DNA of 64,000 nt. It comes from Octopus vulgaris (taxonomy: Eukaryota). The stretch is taken from NCBI GenBank assembly GCA_951406725.2, contig OX597831.1:21204001-21268000 (forward strand), read 5' to 3'. This document shows, in pieces, positions 14,213 to 29,492 of this stretch (position 1 is the stretch's first letter; every line of letters starts with the position of its first letter). The notes beneath the pieces were generated by a model. The model was not told where the DNA came from, did no database searches, and saw only the letters and a program-made list of their open reading frames with translations. Made by a program: the position numbers and the translations under genes.

Positions 14213-14847
14213 CTATTAATATATTAGCTATTGTATCAAAATCACTAGTTAACCTTGTAGAAATTACAATATAGATCCACAAACCCATTAAAGATAGAAG
14301 AAGACTAGTTGTGATTTGAACTTGAGAGTTAGAAGGATGATATTAATTAACCTAAGGCATTCAGTCAAATGTTCCTCGATTTCTGCTACCTCAAAGCTAT
14401 TAATTTTGTTAACCCATGGTTTACAGATTATCCGCCAGGGTACAATTGAGAGTATAATTTATAGAGAAATAGTACTATCGATTGGATCAATTGCAATGCT
14501 TCATTTTATCGGCCCACAAAGGACAGAGTGCATAATCAAACTGATCGATCAATGCTAGAATCGTAACCGTATAGAACTAATTACATCGCCAGATGCTTCG
14601 TCCACTTCAAATCTCTAATGAACTTCCTATGGTTCAACATAATTAATTTCTGTCTTCAGTTCAATTCCACAGATTTGAGAGAAGAAACAATGGGTAAAGA
14701 CGACAACAACCGGATCTATTTACATACTGTTAATGCTGTTGTATGTCATTCTGTCGATTCTGTCACTCTATCTCGTTAGTAACAAAGGTGCTGTTAATAA
14801 TAATAATAACAACAGTAATACGCTGATAATAAAATGTAATAGCAATG

Positions 14848-15619
<772 letters not shown>

Positions 15620-15620
<1 letters not shown>

Positions 15621-15820
15621 AGGCGAAAAATAGATATACAAAATACAAAATAGCCCGGGTACAGAAAATGAAGGAAGTGAAGATAGTGCCAATTATAGTT
15701 GGCTTCTTGGGGACAGTAACAGAAAGAATCTCAGAAACATAATGGAAATCGGAATAGAATGCTCAGTAATACTCTTACAAAAGGTTAACTGTCCTTGGCA
15801 AAAAAGCATTAGATAATTGA
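15620..15820 (+). mobile_element. Short R4/Dong-like LINE C-terminal fragment
   Basis: KEVKIVPIIVGFLGTV followed by IGIECSVILLQK, lying between (AAT)n tracts. Confidence 0.55.
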
Positions 15821-15825
15821 AATCA

Positions 15826-15900
<75 letters not shown>

Positions 15901-16311
15901 GTGATAATAAAAATAGCACAAGTCCCGAAGCTTTGTGGTGTGGATTAGTCGATTACATTGACCGTAGTTCATAACTAGTGCATATTTTATAAGCTTTTCA
16001 TCCGAAAGGATGAACGATGAAGTGAACTACGATGGAACTTGATGTCAGATCGTATAGACGGACAAATTGCCACTAAACATTTTATCCGGCACGCTAACGA
16101 CATTTTCAACAAATATTAGTAGTGAGACATGGTTATGGCTGTAGAAGGGAAAGCTGAAGAGGGAAACAGAAAGTTTGTTAATAGCTGCAGCACAAGATTA
16201 AGCATTAAGGACTAACAAGAAACATTTCTACTGGAGGCACAGGGCCTCAGAATTGAGAGGAGCGGAATAGTCAATTACATCGACCCCAGTGCGTAACTTG
16301 GACTTATTATA

Positions 16312-16520
16312 TTACCGAATCGCTAAGATATAAGGACGTCTATCTATATATATACGATGGTTTACTTTCAGCGCCCACCTACCAAATCTACTCACTGTAT
16401 CTTCACAGGTTTGACCCTAAAGTAGAAACGACTTGCCGAAGATGCCACGGCGTGGGATTAAACAAGGAACCATGAGGTGGAGAAACAAACTTCTCACCAC
16501 ATACTTACACATATATGCGC
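16312..16520 (-). mobile_element. Diverged SINE family A fragment
   Basis: CCGAATCGCTAAG..CTACCAAATCTACTCAC..GATGCCACG..GGAACCATG. Confidence 0.55.
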
Positions 16521-17182
16521 CTATGTAGTCACGTTATCAATGTAAATTATTTCAATCTCTAGGAAACCAATACTGCAAGTAGTCTAAATTTAAAATTGAT
16601 ACCAATATTAACCAAATTCAAATATACGCCATCCTAGGTACCGCAGTGGTGCAATATTTCTTCTACTATTAGCAGAGTAGACAAACAAATCAAGCTACGG
16701 AGAAACAATGTAAGATATTATTTAACGATGTCAGAAGAGCAGAACATGAAAAAGTCCCAAAAATAAATAAAGAATTAGCGTCAGATATAAAAATGTATAT
16801 GGTAAAATATTAATGACAGGATAAGTATGCACATACATATAGACACATACACATTTAAACGAATGTGTGTGTGTGTGTGTGTGTGTATGTGTGTGTGTGT
16901 AATGTGTGCACATATAGTTGTACGATTCAAAAAATCGCAACGGTAGATCTTATCTAAGCATTCTAAATCTGACTGAAGAATTTGAAAAAGTTCCAAAGAT
17001 AAAAATAATTATAAGATTGTCAGTTTATCATATATATGTACATTTGTGTTTGTGCGTGTGTGCGTGTATATGTGTGCGTTTGTGTGTGTATGTATGTATG
17101 TGTGTGTGTGTGTGTCTATAATATATGTATTAGTACACAGACATACATAGTCTGTTTTAGTATACAGACATACGCAAACATA

Positions 17183-17345
17183 GTGGCATATTGCTGACTG
17201 TGCGGTTGTTGTTTTCTTCCCAAACACTTGGTTCCCGGTTCACTCCCACTGTGCGGCACTTTTTACAAATGTCTTCCGCTACGCTCCGTGCCGGCTAAAC
17301 CTTGATTGTATTTCAGATACAGAAACCGAAAGAAGCCTGACGCAT
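17183..17345 (+). mobile_element. Diverged SINE family A head
   Basis: GGTTCCCGGTTCACTCCCACTGTGCGGCAC..GAAAGAAGCCTG. Confidence 0.6.
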
Positions 17346-17359
17346 ATCTATCTATCTAT

Positions 17360-17712
<353 letters not shown>

Positions 17713-18004
17713 CTATCTATTAAGTTAACTTGCTAACTATCTGTCTGCCTGTCCATCGGTCGATCTGTCTGTCAAACTATCATCGTGGGTGTTTAACTGG
17801 AAAAACATCAAGAATGTTCCAAAGATCAAGAATCTTCCGAAACGAATGCATAAACCTATGCATGTCATTATTCAGTTTTATTTCAATATTTCATGCGAAC
17901 GCATTGTGACCAGCGATGTGTAACAACATCTGACTGTCTGGTCGGTCACGTGATCCCGTGATATATATATGCATATATACGTATGCGTGTTTGTGTGTGT
18001 GTGT

Positions 18005-18045
<41 letters not shown>

Positions 18046-18315
18046 TGTCTGTATGTGTGTGTATGGGTTTGTGTGTATACAAAAATAGTAAGTTCAACAT
18101 CATCAATAACAGCGTATCTTTGTTTGTCTGTATGTATAAGAGCAGATTTGTATATCTTATAATATGTTGGTATTCTCATGCATAAATTTGCATATCTAGA
18201 CATGCTCATATATATATTTAAATGATAAACTTCTGGAAAGTTTTACAGAAACGTATGTAGTGACCAGTTGGTGAAATATATAAATTTCCATTCATATATT
18301 TGTACTTTAATAAAC

Positions 18316-18436
18316 ACAGTATATATTGTATAAGAGACTAAGTGTTTCATGCGATGAAAACGACTCAGACAGCCTCAGGTGCCTGAGTTGTTTTCGTCCC
18401 GACAAACTATTAGTAGCTCATAAAAATATATACTGT
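18316..18436 (+). other. ~120-nt imperfect hairpin
   Basis: Inner stem GATGAAAACGACTCAG/CTGAGTTGTTTTCGTC (16 bp, two G-U pairs) and outer stem ACAGTATATATT/AATATATACTGT. Confidence 0.7.
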
Positions 18437-18595
18437 ATTATTATAGTTATTGATTAGCCTCAATAGTTATTGATCAGCCCTTATCGTACATACCTATGAC
18501 TAGACTCTACTCGTGTCAAAAATATTTATTCTATTCTTTCAGTCCCTGTACTTTATATTATATAGAGAATTATCGGTGGGGGTTATATACATACT

Positions 18596-18691
<96 letters not shown>

Positions 18692-18993
18692 CAGGTATTG
18701 GTTTGGCGACATTGATAAAGCGTGCAGTAAACAATAAGTGACAAATAACAGTAGAAAGAAATATTTTCCACAAGTTTTTGTTGAAACCCGTAAATTTTAT
18801 TCTATGAAAAATCACACACACACACACACATATATATTTATATATATACATATACAGACAAATACATGTAAGCATCTCTTTCTCACTCGATCCCTCTTTC
18901 TCTCTCTATATATATATGTGTGTGTATATATACTCATGTACATACATTGTTATATGCATACAAACATACACATATATATATACATGCCCATGA

Positions 18994-19062
<69 letters not shown>

Positions 19063-19767
19063 TATATGTATATACATATATATATGTATAACTAAATAAA
19101 ATATGTATGTGTATATATATATATATATATATGTGTGTACATAGTGGACATATAAACATACATATATATATGATGTATGTATACATAAGTGACGTATGGT
19201 TTTATACACACATACACACATACACACACACGCACACGTACACACACACACGTACACACAAACATATATGTATATATGTGTTTGTGCCCGTATGTGTGTG
19301 AGTCTCTGTTTGTGCGTGATTGTGCGTAGAAATGGAGTTAGCCGAAGGTATATCATGTTAGAATAAGTGTCAAAGCATGACATTATGAAACTTTCTGATC
19401 CATCTAACTATAAATCGAAAGATATTTCACCCATAGCTATAACACGATTGACGTTCCTCTCAAAACCACACGCCATGATTGAGATGCTTTACTCCTAGTA
19501 TAACTCTGGGAATGGTGTATGTGTTGATGTGTAACCCCCGGTTAGCTCATTTTCAGTATGCATACATTCAGATAATTTTCAATCGTGACCATCTAGTTTT
19601 TGAATTATATTATTTCTATGTACTTGAAGTAGTTTCAACTGCAGAAGTTATATCAGGATACAATATATAAAAGCATAAGTTAAAATAATAACACAAATAT
19701 CTAGAATGAATAAAAATAAAAGGGAGAAAGGAAAAGGAAGGTAAATGGTTTCTGTTGTGAAGACTAT

Positions 19768-20154
19768 TTTTACCTCCGCCAAAGAAGGAGGTTATGTTTT
19801 CATCGGCGTTGGTTTGTCTGTCTGTCCGTCTGTATGCAAAATAACTCAAAAAGTTGTGAACGGTATCCGATGAAAATTGCAGAAATAACATAAGTAATAA
19901 CATAAGTAAAAGATGAACAAATTTTGGTAGTGATCCGGGAATTCTTGTGGATTTTGGAAAGATTTTTTATTTGTTATATTTACTTTACATGAAGTATTAC
20001 AATTTTACATTCTTTGATTATTTCCCTTGAAAACGTTCATCGTTTTAACGTAACCTATGGTGGCGTTACTGTTTCCAAAGTTTATTTTCGTTTCTCTATT
20101 AGTAATTTTACTCGCGTATATATCTTAAAATGAGGTGCTTGGCAGAGGTCTGCG
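19768..20154 (+). mobile_element. DINE-1/HINE-like (Helentron-type) non-autonomous element
   Basis: Subterminal inverted repeats ACCTCCGCCAA and TTGGCAGAGGT, a 5' stem-loop (..GGAGGT), (GTCT)n and a T-rich 5' flank. Confidence 0.7.
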
Positions 20155-20277
20155 GAGGATAACATGACAAGCTTTGACTATTGGGATCGACTCAACTAGT
20201 TTGCTATTGACATTGATGTATTATAACTGTTTCAGCTGATTCCTTTTTTGAAAGTTTAAAAAAAACAAAAGAAAAAT

Positions 20278-20438
20278 CAGGAGTGGCTATGTGGTAAGTA
20301 GCTTGCTAACCAACCATATGGTTCCGGGTTCAGTCCCACTGCGTGGCATCTTGGGCAAGTGTCTTCTGCTATTGCCCCGGGCCGACCAATGCCTTGTGGG
20401 TGAATTTGGTAGACGGAAACTGAAAGAAGCTTGTCGTG

Positions 20439-20495
<57 letters not shown>

Positions 20496-20719
20496 ATGTA
20501 TGTGTGTTTGCGTGTCTGTGTTTGTCCCCCTAGCATTGCTTGACAACCGATGCTGGTGTGTTTACGTCCCCGTAACTTAGCGGTTCGGTAAAAGAGACCG
20601 ATATAATAAGTACTGGGCTTACAAAGAATAAGTCCCGATTTGCTCGACAAAAAAGGCGGTGCTCCAGCATGGCCGCAGTAAAATGACTGAAACAAGTAAA
20701 AGAGTAAAAGAGTAAAGAG
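20278..20719 (+). mobile_element. SINE family A, full length
   Basis: Colinear with 63475-63881. Confidence 0.9.
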
Positions 20720-20737
20720 TATATGGCTGTGTTATTT

Positions 20738-20852
20738 TTTTCTAACCCCGCCATGGTTATGTTTTTGCCACCGTTGGTTTGGGAGATTGGGCGATTTTCA
20801 GCATGCGTGTATATGGGTGGAAATGAGCTGTTTGGCAGATGTCTGCGCTCTA
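20738..20852 (+). mobile_element. Short relative of the 19768 element
   Basis: ACCCCGCCATGGTTATGTTTT..CGTTGGTTTG..TTGGCAGATGTCTGCGCTCT. Confidence 0.5.
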
Positions 20853-21075
20853 TTGTTTTTCTAGTTGTCATCCATTTTCTATTTTCCACTGATTTCGACT
20901 ATATTCAGCTGTGCATTAATGCAATAGAATTTGTAAATCTTTGGCCGGGCTCAAGAGGCATACAAATGCCTCACACTACATCATGAATGACTCATTTCAA
21001 TGATTGCTTCTAGCAATGACTTTACTCGCATACGAGAGAGCAGCTGCTATATAAATATATGTGTGTGAGTGTATG

Positions 21076-21121
<46 letters not shown>

Positions 21122-21862
21122 CATACATACATACATACATACATACATACATACATACATACATACATACATACATACATACATACAGAATAGAAATAAA
21201 CATTTCCTTCTCGGGCCATACCATATTTTTTCCAAAAGCCATGGAATTGAGCAAGTAATACATTAATTAAAAAAACATATATGTTTAGGAGGCCCCTCTC
21301 CTTGTGCTGACGTATCTCTTAATGACCATTACACACGTTTCATTACCTAATATGCGTTACAGAGGAATACATGTCGAAAAGTATGTCACACATCTATTAA
21401 TAGTGCTCTAGATTTAGCTAGTGAATCAAAATGTCATTACATATGCAATGTCGAATAAAATTTTTCTCCCATAAATCACACACATAAAAAAAGAACACAC
21501 CCTCGTTTTACACAGGTTCATTCTATCTAAGCCTTCTCTCAACCTCGTGTTTCATTTTCTCTCTTTCGAACGTCGAGCAACCACCGTTCACTCTTTTCCT
21601 CCATCCATTTCGATCTTCTGTGTTCCTCTCTCAGTCAACAACTGAAACTGCTGTCTGCGTCAGAGCAATTCTAGGGCAGTACTTGAACCTCATATTGGGA
21701 TTATGTGTGGGTCTCTTACCATCTTCAAAATCACCTTATAAAAGTTGATTGGGAAGTCTTTCATCATTCATTCTTACTAGATATCCACTTTGCAGAATCA
21801 TTGATTCTACATACTTACCATACATACATACATACATACATACATACATACATACATACATG

Positions 21863-21896
<34 letters not shown>

Positions 21897-22530
21897 GATA
21901 GATAGATATGTTTAAGCGTATACACACACAGACACACGCGCATATATATATATTGATGCATATATATATGATACAAACGCATTCAAACACGCACATACGA
22001 ATATATATGCATATACTCACACACTTACATATGACCGACCGCACGCGCGTAAATGTGTATGTCCAACCAAAACTGATGAAAGACTAAAGATCAATGACTT
22101 CTCATTTGATCGGGAAGTAGAGATAAGTGTAATGCCGGAGATAATTTAGGAATTCTCTGATCCTTCCACATAAGTGTGTTAGTGAGATGAAGTAATAATA
22201 ACAAACGGGAGATATTTTAAGAAAATACTTGAAACAGGTTACTCGCTTCTAGATCGACTCAAAGACCAAGTTCTGGTGTTAAATGGTCAACCAATTAAGC
22301 CAAATGTTTGAGAATTCCGAAACTAAAAAGCGAGAACCAGTAACACAAATCACCCTCTTTTGGTGTTGATTTTGCAATAAATAAGAGCTCTGTACTGATA
22401 TTATAAGTGACCCAGAACGAATAAAAGACTACGCAGAAGTCAGCGAAATTTGAAATCGGATTAAAATGGGAACAAATATCTCGTAAGCAAGTTTTTCATA
22501 CGCTTAAAGGACTTTATTAATTCCATACAT

Positions 22531-22692
22531 ATGGAAGCACTCCGTCGGTTATGGCGACGAGGGTTCCGGTTGATCCGATCAACGGAACAGCCTGCTCGTG
22601 AAATTAACGTATAAGTGGCTGAGCACTCCACAGACACGTGTACCCTTAACGTCACAGAGAGTGCCCTAACCACTGGGCCATTGCGCCTCCAC
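22531..22692 (-). mobile_element. Internally deleted SINE family C
   Basis: Head GGAGGCGCAATGGCCCAGTGGTTAGGGCA joined through a short CTCTCTGTG to the 3' part (ACGTTAAGGGTACAC...GGAGTGCTTCCA). Confidence 0.8.
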
Positions 22693-22813
22693 TCCATACA
22701 TATAACAACAACAAAAACAACACCACAAAACAGTATAACCTATATGAAATCGAGCTTCGCCTTTTATGAAATCAACAATAAATTTACGTAGGTTAGAAAA
22801 TTTTTCTCTAAGC

Positions 22814-23243
22814 TCTCTCTATATAAACGGCAGTTTGTCTGTCTGTGTGTCTGTCAGGTTGTACCCTCACCCTGACCACGGCTTTCAACCGATTCTGATG
22901 AAACTTGACACACACATAGCCCAATGTCATAATTCAAAACTAACGTAGCGAAAATTTTGAAAAGTTCCCCCAGTTCTGAAAAAAATCGATAAATTCGACA
23001 TGGGGTCGAGAATCTAAGCTTTTTATATGCAACACATTTTCTGTCTAGAGGACACAATTCGACCTTTTTATCGCCCAAAGGGACAGCTAGGAACATCGTA
23101 TACACAGAAGTATTCGAGTGAAGAGAAGACATTGCAACCTACACATGAACCTTCGTTCCCTAGAGGGAAAGGACTAGATTGGGATTAGTCGTTGCCTACT
23201 AGGGGCTCTTACATACCCGGGCAACGCCGGGCTATGCTGCTGG
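22814..23243 (+). mobile_element. Non-autonomous Helitron
   Basis: 5' TCTCT..ATATAAA followed by (GTCT)n, a 3' hairpin CCCGGGCAACGCCGGG and a CTGG end (a CTAG variant). Confidence 0.7.
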
Positions 23244-23569
23244 TTGATTCTATAAAAGATTTATCGGTCTATTTTAAAAATTATTTTACTGTAAGTCGAG
23301 CGCTGAATGAAAGAGAATACGTAAATATCTAACTGGTCACAAGCGACACAGCGTCGTTTATATAAAATCTAAGTTAAATAAGAAACACGAACTAAAATAC
23401 CAATTTCAAATTATTCGTAGTCTAATGTCGCCATTTTTTTTTCATATTACCTCCTTTTCCTTCTTTCTTGTTTTTTTTTATATCATATTTGGCATATATC
23501 TATCAATTTCATGCTCGCGAGCTATGTCTGTGTGAGTAAATATGCCGCCACTGCTTGTGTTGATGATTG

Positions 23570-23924
23570 AGAGTGTGTATATATATATGTGAGTGTGTGT
23601 GTGTGTGTGTATATACATATGCGTGTGTGTGTGTGTGTGTGTGTGTTTTGTTCTTTGTAAGCTTTCGTATGCATACAGATTCAAATGTGTGTAGATACTG
23701 TAAAAGAAATATAATCAAGTGCTTTGTAGTAGAGAGAGATCGATCAGGCACTTTGCATTCTTCTAATCAATGTACAATGTGCACATGTATTCGTAAACAT
23801 TTACATGCATGCTTGTATGCTTGTATGTATGCATGTGTGTATCTCTCTCTCTCACTCTCTCTCTATATATATATATATGTATGCGTGTGTGTATACGTTT
23901 AAAAACATACATATACATATATAT

Positions 23925-23982
<58 letters not shown>

Positions 23983-24885
23983 GTATATATGCACAGACAG
24001 ACATGTATATCAATGCATGTATTTTATATATTCAGTATCTGTGTATCTATACACATATACACGCACACACAGACACACACACACATACACACACATACAC
24101 ACACACATATATATATATATACATGCATACACACACGCACACACACGCACACACACAAACGCACACACACACACACACACTCATACACACACACATATAT
24201 ATTTATTCCTACATATATAAGCTATAGCAGGTACGGTAACGAAAGAGCAATGTATATGTATACATATATCAATATATAGATTAATACACGCACACACACA
24301 TAGATAATATATGTATATATATATATATATGTATAAATTTATATGTATATATATATATAAATATATGTATATATAGATATATATATATATGTATATCTAT
24401 ATCTATCTATCTATTTATCTATCTATCTATATATATATATGTGTCTATCTATATATATATATATATCTATATATATAATTATATATATAATATATATACA
24501 TATATGCACACAAATTGGAACAAACTCCCAGACGTAAATACACATATACATACATAAAATACTAGGCAAGTTCTTAAACATAAAGTCACGTACATTAGCC
24601 AAACAGCAGTCGGCAAAATGAAGAAGCAACAAAAATAAAAAGAGACAGAGTGAGAGAAAAGAAGGAAAAGTATATGAGTTCGTACGAAGAATAGCTTTTG
24701 CAAAGATTATGGTGGAAAAGTGAAAAATGAAAGGCTGTTTAGATGCCCACATACGAATAGGCACACCCGCTTACGTGCACACACACGGACATATGTAAGT
24801 ATATATATATGTATATACATACATACAGATACGTCCATATATGCATATATATATATGTATATATGCACATACGTTTATACCTATA

Positions 24886-24981
<96 letters not shown>

Positions 24982-25150
24982 TGTGTGCGTGTAGGGGTAA
25001 CTGTCTGTGTGTGTGTGTACATACAAGTGAAAGAAAAGAAGGTGAGAAGGAAATCAGAAAAGTTTTATACTTTGAAAGAGAAAAGAAACTTATCCAAGTA
25101 TGTATAAGTACATACATACATGCATACATACATACATATACATACATGCA

Positions 25151-25238
<88 letters not shown>

Positions 25239-25247
25239 TATACATAT

Positions 25248-25301
<54 letters not shown>

Positions 25302-25848
25302 GTATATATGCATACATACATACGTATATATTTGTATATATATATACGTATATACGTAATATTTTACATGTATTTATTCATATTAATAAGTATTTGTATA
25401 GCAATGCAGAAAAGCATATTTATATATCCCCATGCACACATATGTTCAAGCATGCAAGCATATACACACACATGGACGAACGAATGTACACACACACACA
25501 CACACACACATACACACAGAAACACACACATATATGTATATATGTATGCATACACCAGACTTCTTCAAAAAATAAATATATAAACGATCTTCACATGTCC
25601 ACATTATAGACAATAAAAATTTACCAAAGACTTTCAAAACCAGATTAGAACGTGTTCACATATCCAGGAATCATTAGTGAAATTCGATGAGGTTTTACCA
25701 TTTGCTTGGAGCTATTGGAATTGAAAATATTACAGAACTCTGCAAAAGATCTATTTTGTGTATTATTTTACGAAATTTGCTTTGCGTTGGAAATTATCCA
25801 TTTGTCTGTATACTTTGTGAACTTTATGTATATGTGTGAATAATCTGC

Positions 25849-25906
<58 letters not shown>

Positions 25907-25973
25907 ACAGACATATATTTATACATATATATATACACGCAGGAATTTACACACACTCACACACACACATACA

Positions 25974-26008
<35 letters not shown>

Positions 26009-26023
26009 CTATATCTATATCTA

Positions 26024-26068
<45 letters not shown>

Positions 26069-26234
26069 CTGTCTGATCAAGGAAGCCAAATCATTCGAAA
26101 TTAGTATGTTTCTTTTTATATTGAGTAAAGAAGCACCCACACTCATATATAATCTATATTATAGTATGATATATGTGTGTGTATATATGTGTATATATAT
26201 ATGCATATTTATATATTATATGTATATACATAAA

Positions 26235-26294
<60 letters not shown>

Positions 26295-26471
26295 GGCGTT
26301 TCTTTGTTTAACATTAAAGGAAGCATACTGATTTTCCACGGTTTGTTTTCCTTGCACGGACAGACTGGCATGATGTGGATATAGCCGGAGAATATAAAAG
26401 TTAGAAATTTGGATGAAAACTATACGCATTCGTATCACACACAAGCACATTCATTTCATGTATGCATATGC

Positions 26472-26565
<94 letters not shown>

Positions 26566-26672
26566 ATGTGTGTATGCGTGTGTTTATGCTCATTCATGCA
26601 TATACATACATATATATATATATATACATATATATAAATAAATTTACATATACATATATATATATGTATATA

Positions 26673-26720
<48 letters not shown>

Positions 26721-27114
26721 GTAATCATATATATATATATACATATATAAACATATATATATATGTATATATACACATATATATATATATATATATTGTA
26801 TATGTAGGTGTGTATGTTTATTGTAAATATATATACATTTATATGGAGTACATAGCGATATTAGAACAAATAAATCATATAAAATTAGAAAAGAAGAGAA
26901 ATCGAAGAGAATGCGCAAGTTTTGACAATGACGAATAGCAAGTTACCTCTGGTTTCTGCTTTTGTTTTTCGATCTGTGTACGATACTCGATTAATTATTA
27001 TAATTTCAGATTTATAAATACCCAAAATAAATACAAATCAACACCTTGTATGTTAAATGAATACATCTATGATCTTATACAAGGACATATATATAAAAAT
27101 ATACATATGTACGC

Positions 27115-27182
<68 letters not shown>

Positions 27183-27377
27183 ATATCTACATGCATATAT
27201 GCATATATAACACAAACACACATAAACACACTCATACATACATGCATATAGAAATATATATATATACATATATTCATTTATATGTATATATATAAATATA
27301 TAGTCTTCTATTCTTTTATTCGCTTCAACCATGCGGCTGCAGTCATACTGGAGCACCACAGTGGTATATACATATGC

Positions 27378-27416
<39 letters not shown>

Positions 27417-27420
27417 ATAT
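23570..27420. repeat. Dense field of (TA)n/(CA)n/(TACA)n microsatellites, representative of the whole window
   Basis: Seen directly; the source of dozens of spurious YI/HT/CV ORFs. Confidence 0.95.
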
Positions 27421-28068
27421 GCTTATTAGATGTAAGGATTTTGAATTTTATAATAATAAAAAAATACATAGAATTTAATATTGTTGCTATAATTTTCATT
27501 TATTTTCTTCTTTCACTTCTTTTTTGAACTGTCTTTTTTTAAATATCATTTTCATTATAGTCGTTATATGATGCGTATTGATCATACCACCGCTTTGCAC
27601 AAATACTCACAAATTTTTTAATGAGCTTTGAGGATAAGAGAAATCTTAGAGTGGATGTATTTGTAATGGCGTTCATGTTATAATCGTTGGCGTTGCTGTT
27701 GTTATTATCATTATCATTGTCATTATTATTATTATTATTGTTATTATTATTATTTATTAATATTATTATTATTGTTGTTGTTGTTGTTGTTGTTGTTGTC
27801 TATGTGTATTACTTCCATAGTTCAAGGAAATCGTTGCAAAGAAGAACAGAATTCAGAATTCAATACTGCCATCTTTAGATAATGTGTCGGTGGGAATTTT
27901 GTTACCTTTCACCCCAAAACTCCTGACATTGTTTAACTGAAAGAAAAACAAGAAAATAAAAACAGGACAAAATGAATAGACAAAAAAAAAATATTTCACG
28001 AAACCACACTTAATGTTTAGCACACATTTTACCTCTTTTGATTAAAAAAAAAATGTTTTTCTGTTGGG

Positions 28069-28079
28069 TTTATTTTATT
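28069..28079 (-). terminator. Candidate poly(A) signals of the GPCR
   Basis: Two overlapping minus-strand AATAAA hexamers about 60 nt after the stop codon. Such hexamers are common in AT-rich DNA. Confidence 0.25.
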
Positions 28080-28135
28080 TTTTTGGGTTTTTTTTTAAAG
28101 TCATTGTTATATTTCATCTAATTTTTTAGAAGGAG

Positions 28136-29293
28136 TTATACTGGTTGCCTCCGGGTGTCTACACTTAGATGAACGCTTGTCATGTCTTTGTGGTCTGAGA
28201 TATTCGTAGCATAGTTTAAATGAACGACGTCGGAATCTTGCCGGAAACAACGGCATTTTTCAAGTTTGAGCAGTTTGATGAAAGCATTTCTAAAGTCTCT
28301 ATTGAAGTAAGCATAGATTATAGGGTTTAGACAGGAATTAAAGTAACCGATCCAGAATAGTGTCGAACTCAATACGGGGGGATAAGGGCAAGCCTCTTGG
28401 CAGATGTTTGTGATTACATACCAGGAGAAGAACGGCATAAAACAAGCAAGAAATGCGCCCATTATGATCCCCAGCGTTTTAGCTGCTTTATGTTCACGCT
28501 TTATTCGCTTTCGTTCATTTCTTTGTTCTGACGTATCCGTATATCGACTTCCGTTGGCCAATAGGCCACTATGATAGTTCGTGTGAAGCATCACTGTCGA
28601 TTGAATAGCGTGCTCTTGTCTGCGAGCTTCCAAATATATTTTTACATACAAACAAACCATTATCGCACCAGGTATCCAAAACGAAACGAAAGACGACATA
28701 ACGGCATATTGAGTGTTGACTACGAACGGACACGTGTTCGTTGCATTGTACAGCTCCAAAACATTTTCTTTGGTGGTGTAGAGCTGAGAATGAACAGGAA
28801 TGTAAGATATACACACTGAAGACACCCATGTTATAACGAGCATCACTAATACTCGTACCCTTGTCATATGAGAATCATATTTTAACGGATACATTATAGC
28901 TATGTAACGATCCATACTGATGCAACAAAGATGCAAAATGGAAGCCGTACTGAAAAGAACGTCGTTCGCATTAAATATATCACACATAGTACGGCCGAAA
29001 AACCATTGGCCGTTCATGATTTCGATACTAGCACTAAACGGCATGACCATTAAGGCGACTAATAAGTCTGCAAACGCCAATGACACAATGAAATAGTTCG
29101 TTAACACTCGTAGACGATAGAATTTATACACGCTAATTATGACCAGAAAGTTCCCGAAAACAGCGCACACCATTATAGCAACCATTGCTATAGACCTAAA
29201 AATAAAGAGGAAATCAAGTGAAGATTCCTCTACATAAGTTTCGTTTGCAAAGTCAGCCATGTTTGTTCGGCTTGCAGTTTGATTTATTTGCAT
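28136..29293 (-). CDS. Class A (rhodopsin-like) biogenic-amine GPCR, beta-type octopamine receptor-like, 385 aa, single coding exon
   Basis: Seven hydrophobic segments. Motifs: GN in TM1, LAFAD in TM2, amine-binding Asp in NDVLFSTAS (TM3), DRY, TM5 serines SSFVSFWIP, EHKAAKTLGIIMG, FWIGYFNSCLNPIIYAYFNRDFR, N-glycosylation sequons (NQT, NET) and a C-terminal CRC. These motifs match invertebrate OctbetaR/Aplysia-type octopamine receptors from memory. Met12 (ATG at 29260, context aacATGG) has the better Kozak context. Confidence 0.93.
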   Translation of the reverse strand: MQINQTASRTNMADFANETYVEESSLDFLFIFRSIAMVAIMVCAVFGNFLVIISVYKFYRLRVLTNYFIVSLAFADLLVALMVMPFSASIEIMNGQWFFGRTMCDIFNANDVLFSTASILHLCCISMDRYIAIMYPLKYDSHMTRVRVLVMLVITWVSSVCISYIPVHSQLYTTKENVLELYNATNTCPFVVNTQYAVMSSFVSFWIPGAIMVCLYVKIYLEARRQEHAIQSTVMLHTNYHSGLLANGSRYTDTSEQRNERKRIKREHKAAKTLGIIMGAFLACFMPFFSWYVITNICQEACPYPPVLSSTLFWIGYFNSCLNPIIYAYFNRDFRNAFIKLLKLEKCRCFRQDSDVVHLNYATNISDHKDMTSVHLSVDTRRQPV

Positions 29294-29414
29294 TTGTTGT
29301 AAGTTTGTTTCAAATTTGTAATTAAACTTTTAAAATTCCAGGAGGTTTTTTAGAAATTTTTTAATATTATCTATCGGAGCCATTTATATGTATCAGAGAT
29401 TACTTCCGATAGAA

Positions 29415-29492
<78 letters not shown>

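Noticed and set aside
25555-25830. Complex-sequence island within the microsatellite field as a possible exon
   Set aside because: The plus-strand frames I read contain stops, the ORF track shows nothing convincing on either strand, and no motif is recognisable.
28569-28829. Short overlapping and antisense ORFs within the GPCR
   Set aside because: They are shadow frames of a real CDS with no recognisable motifs.
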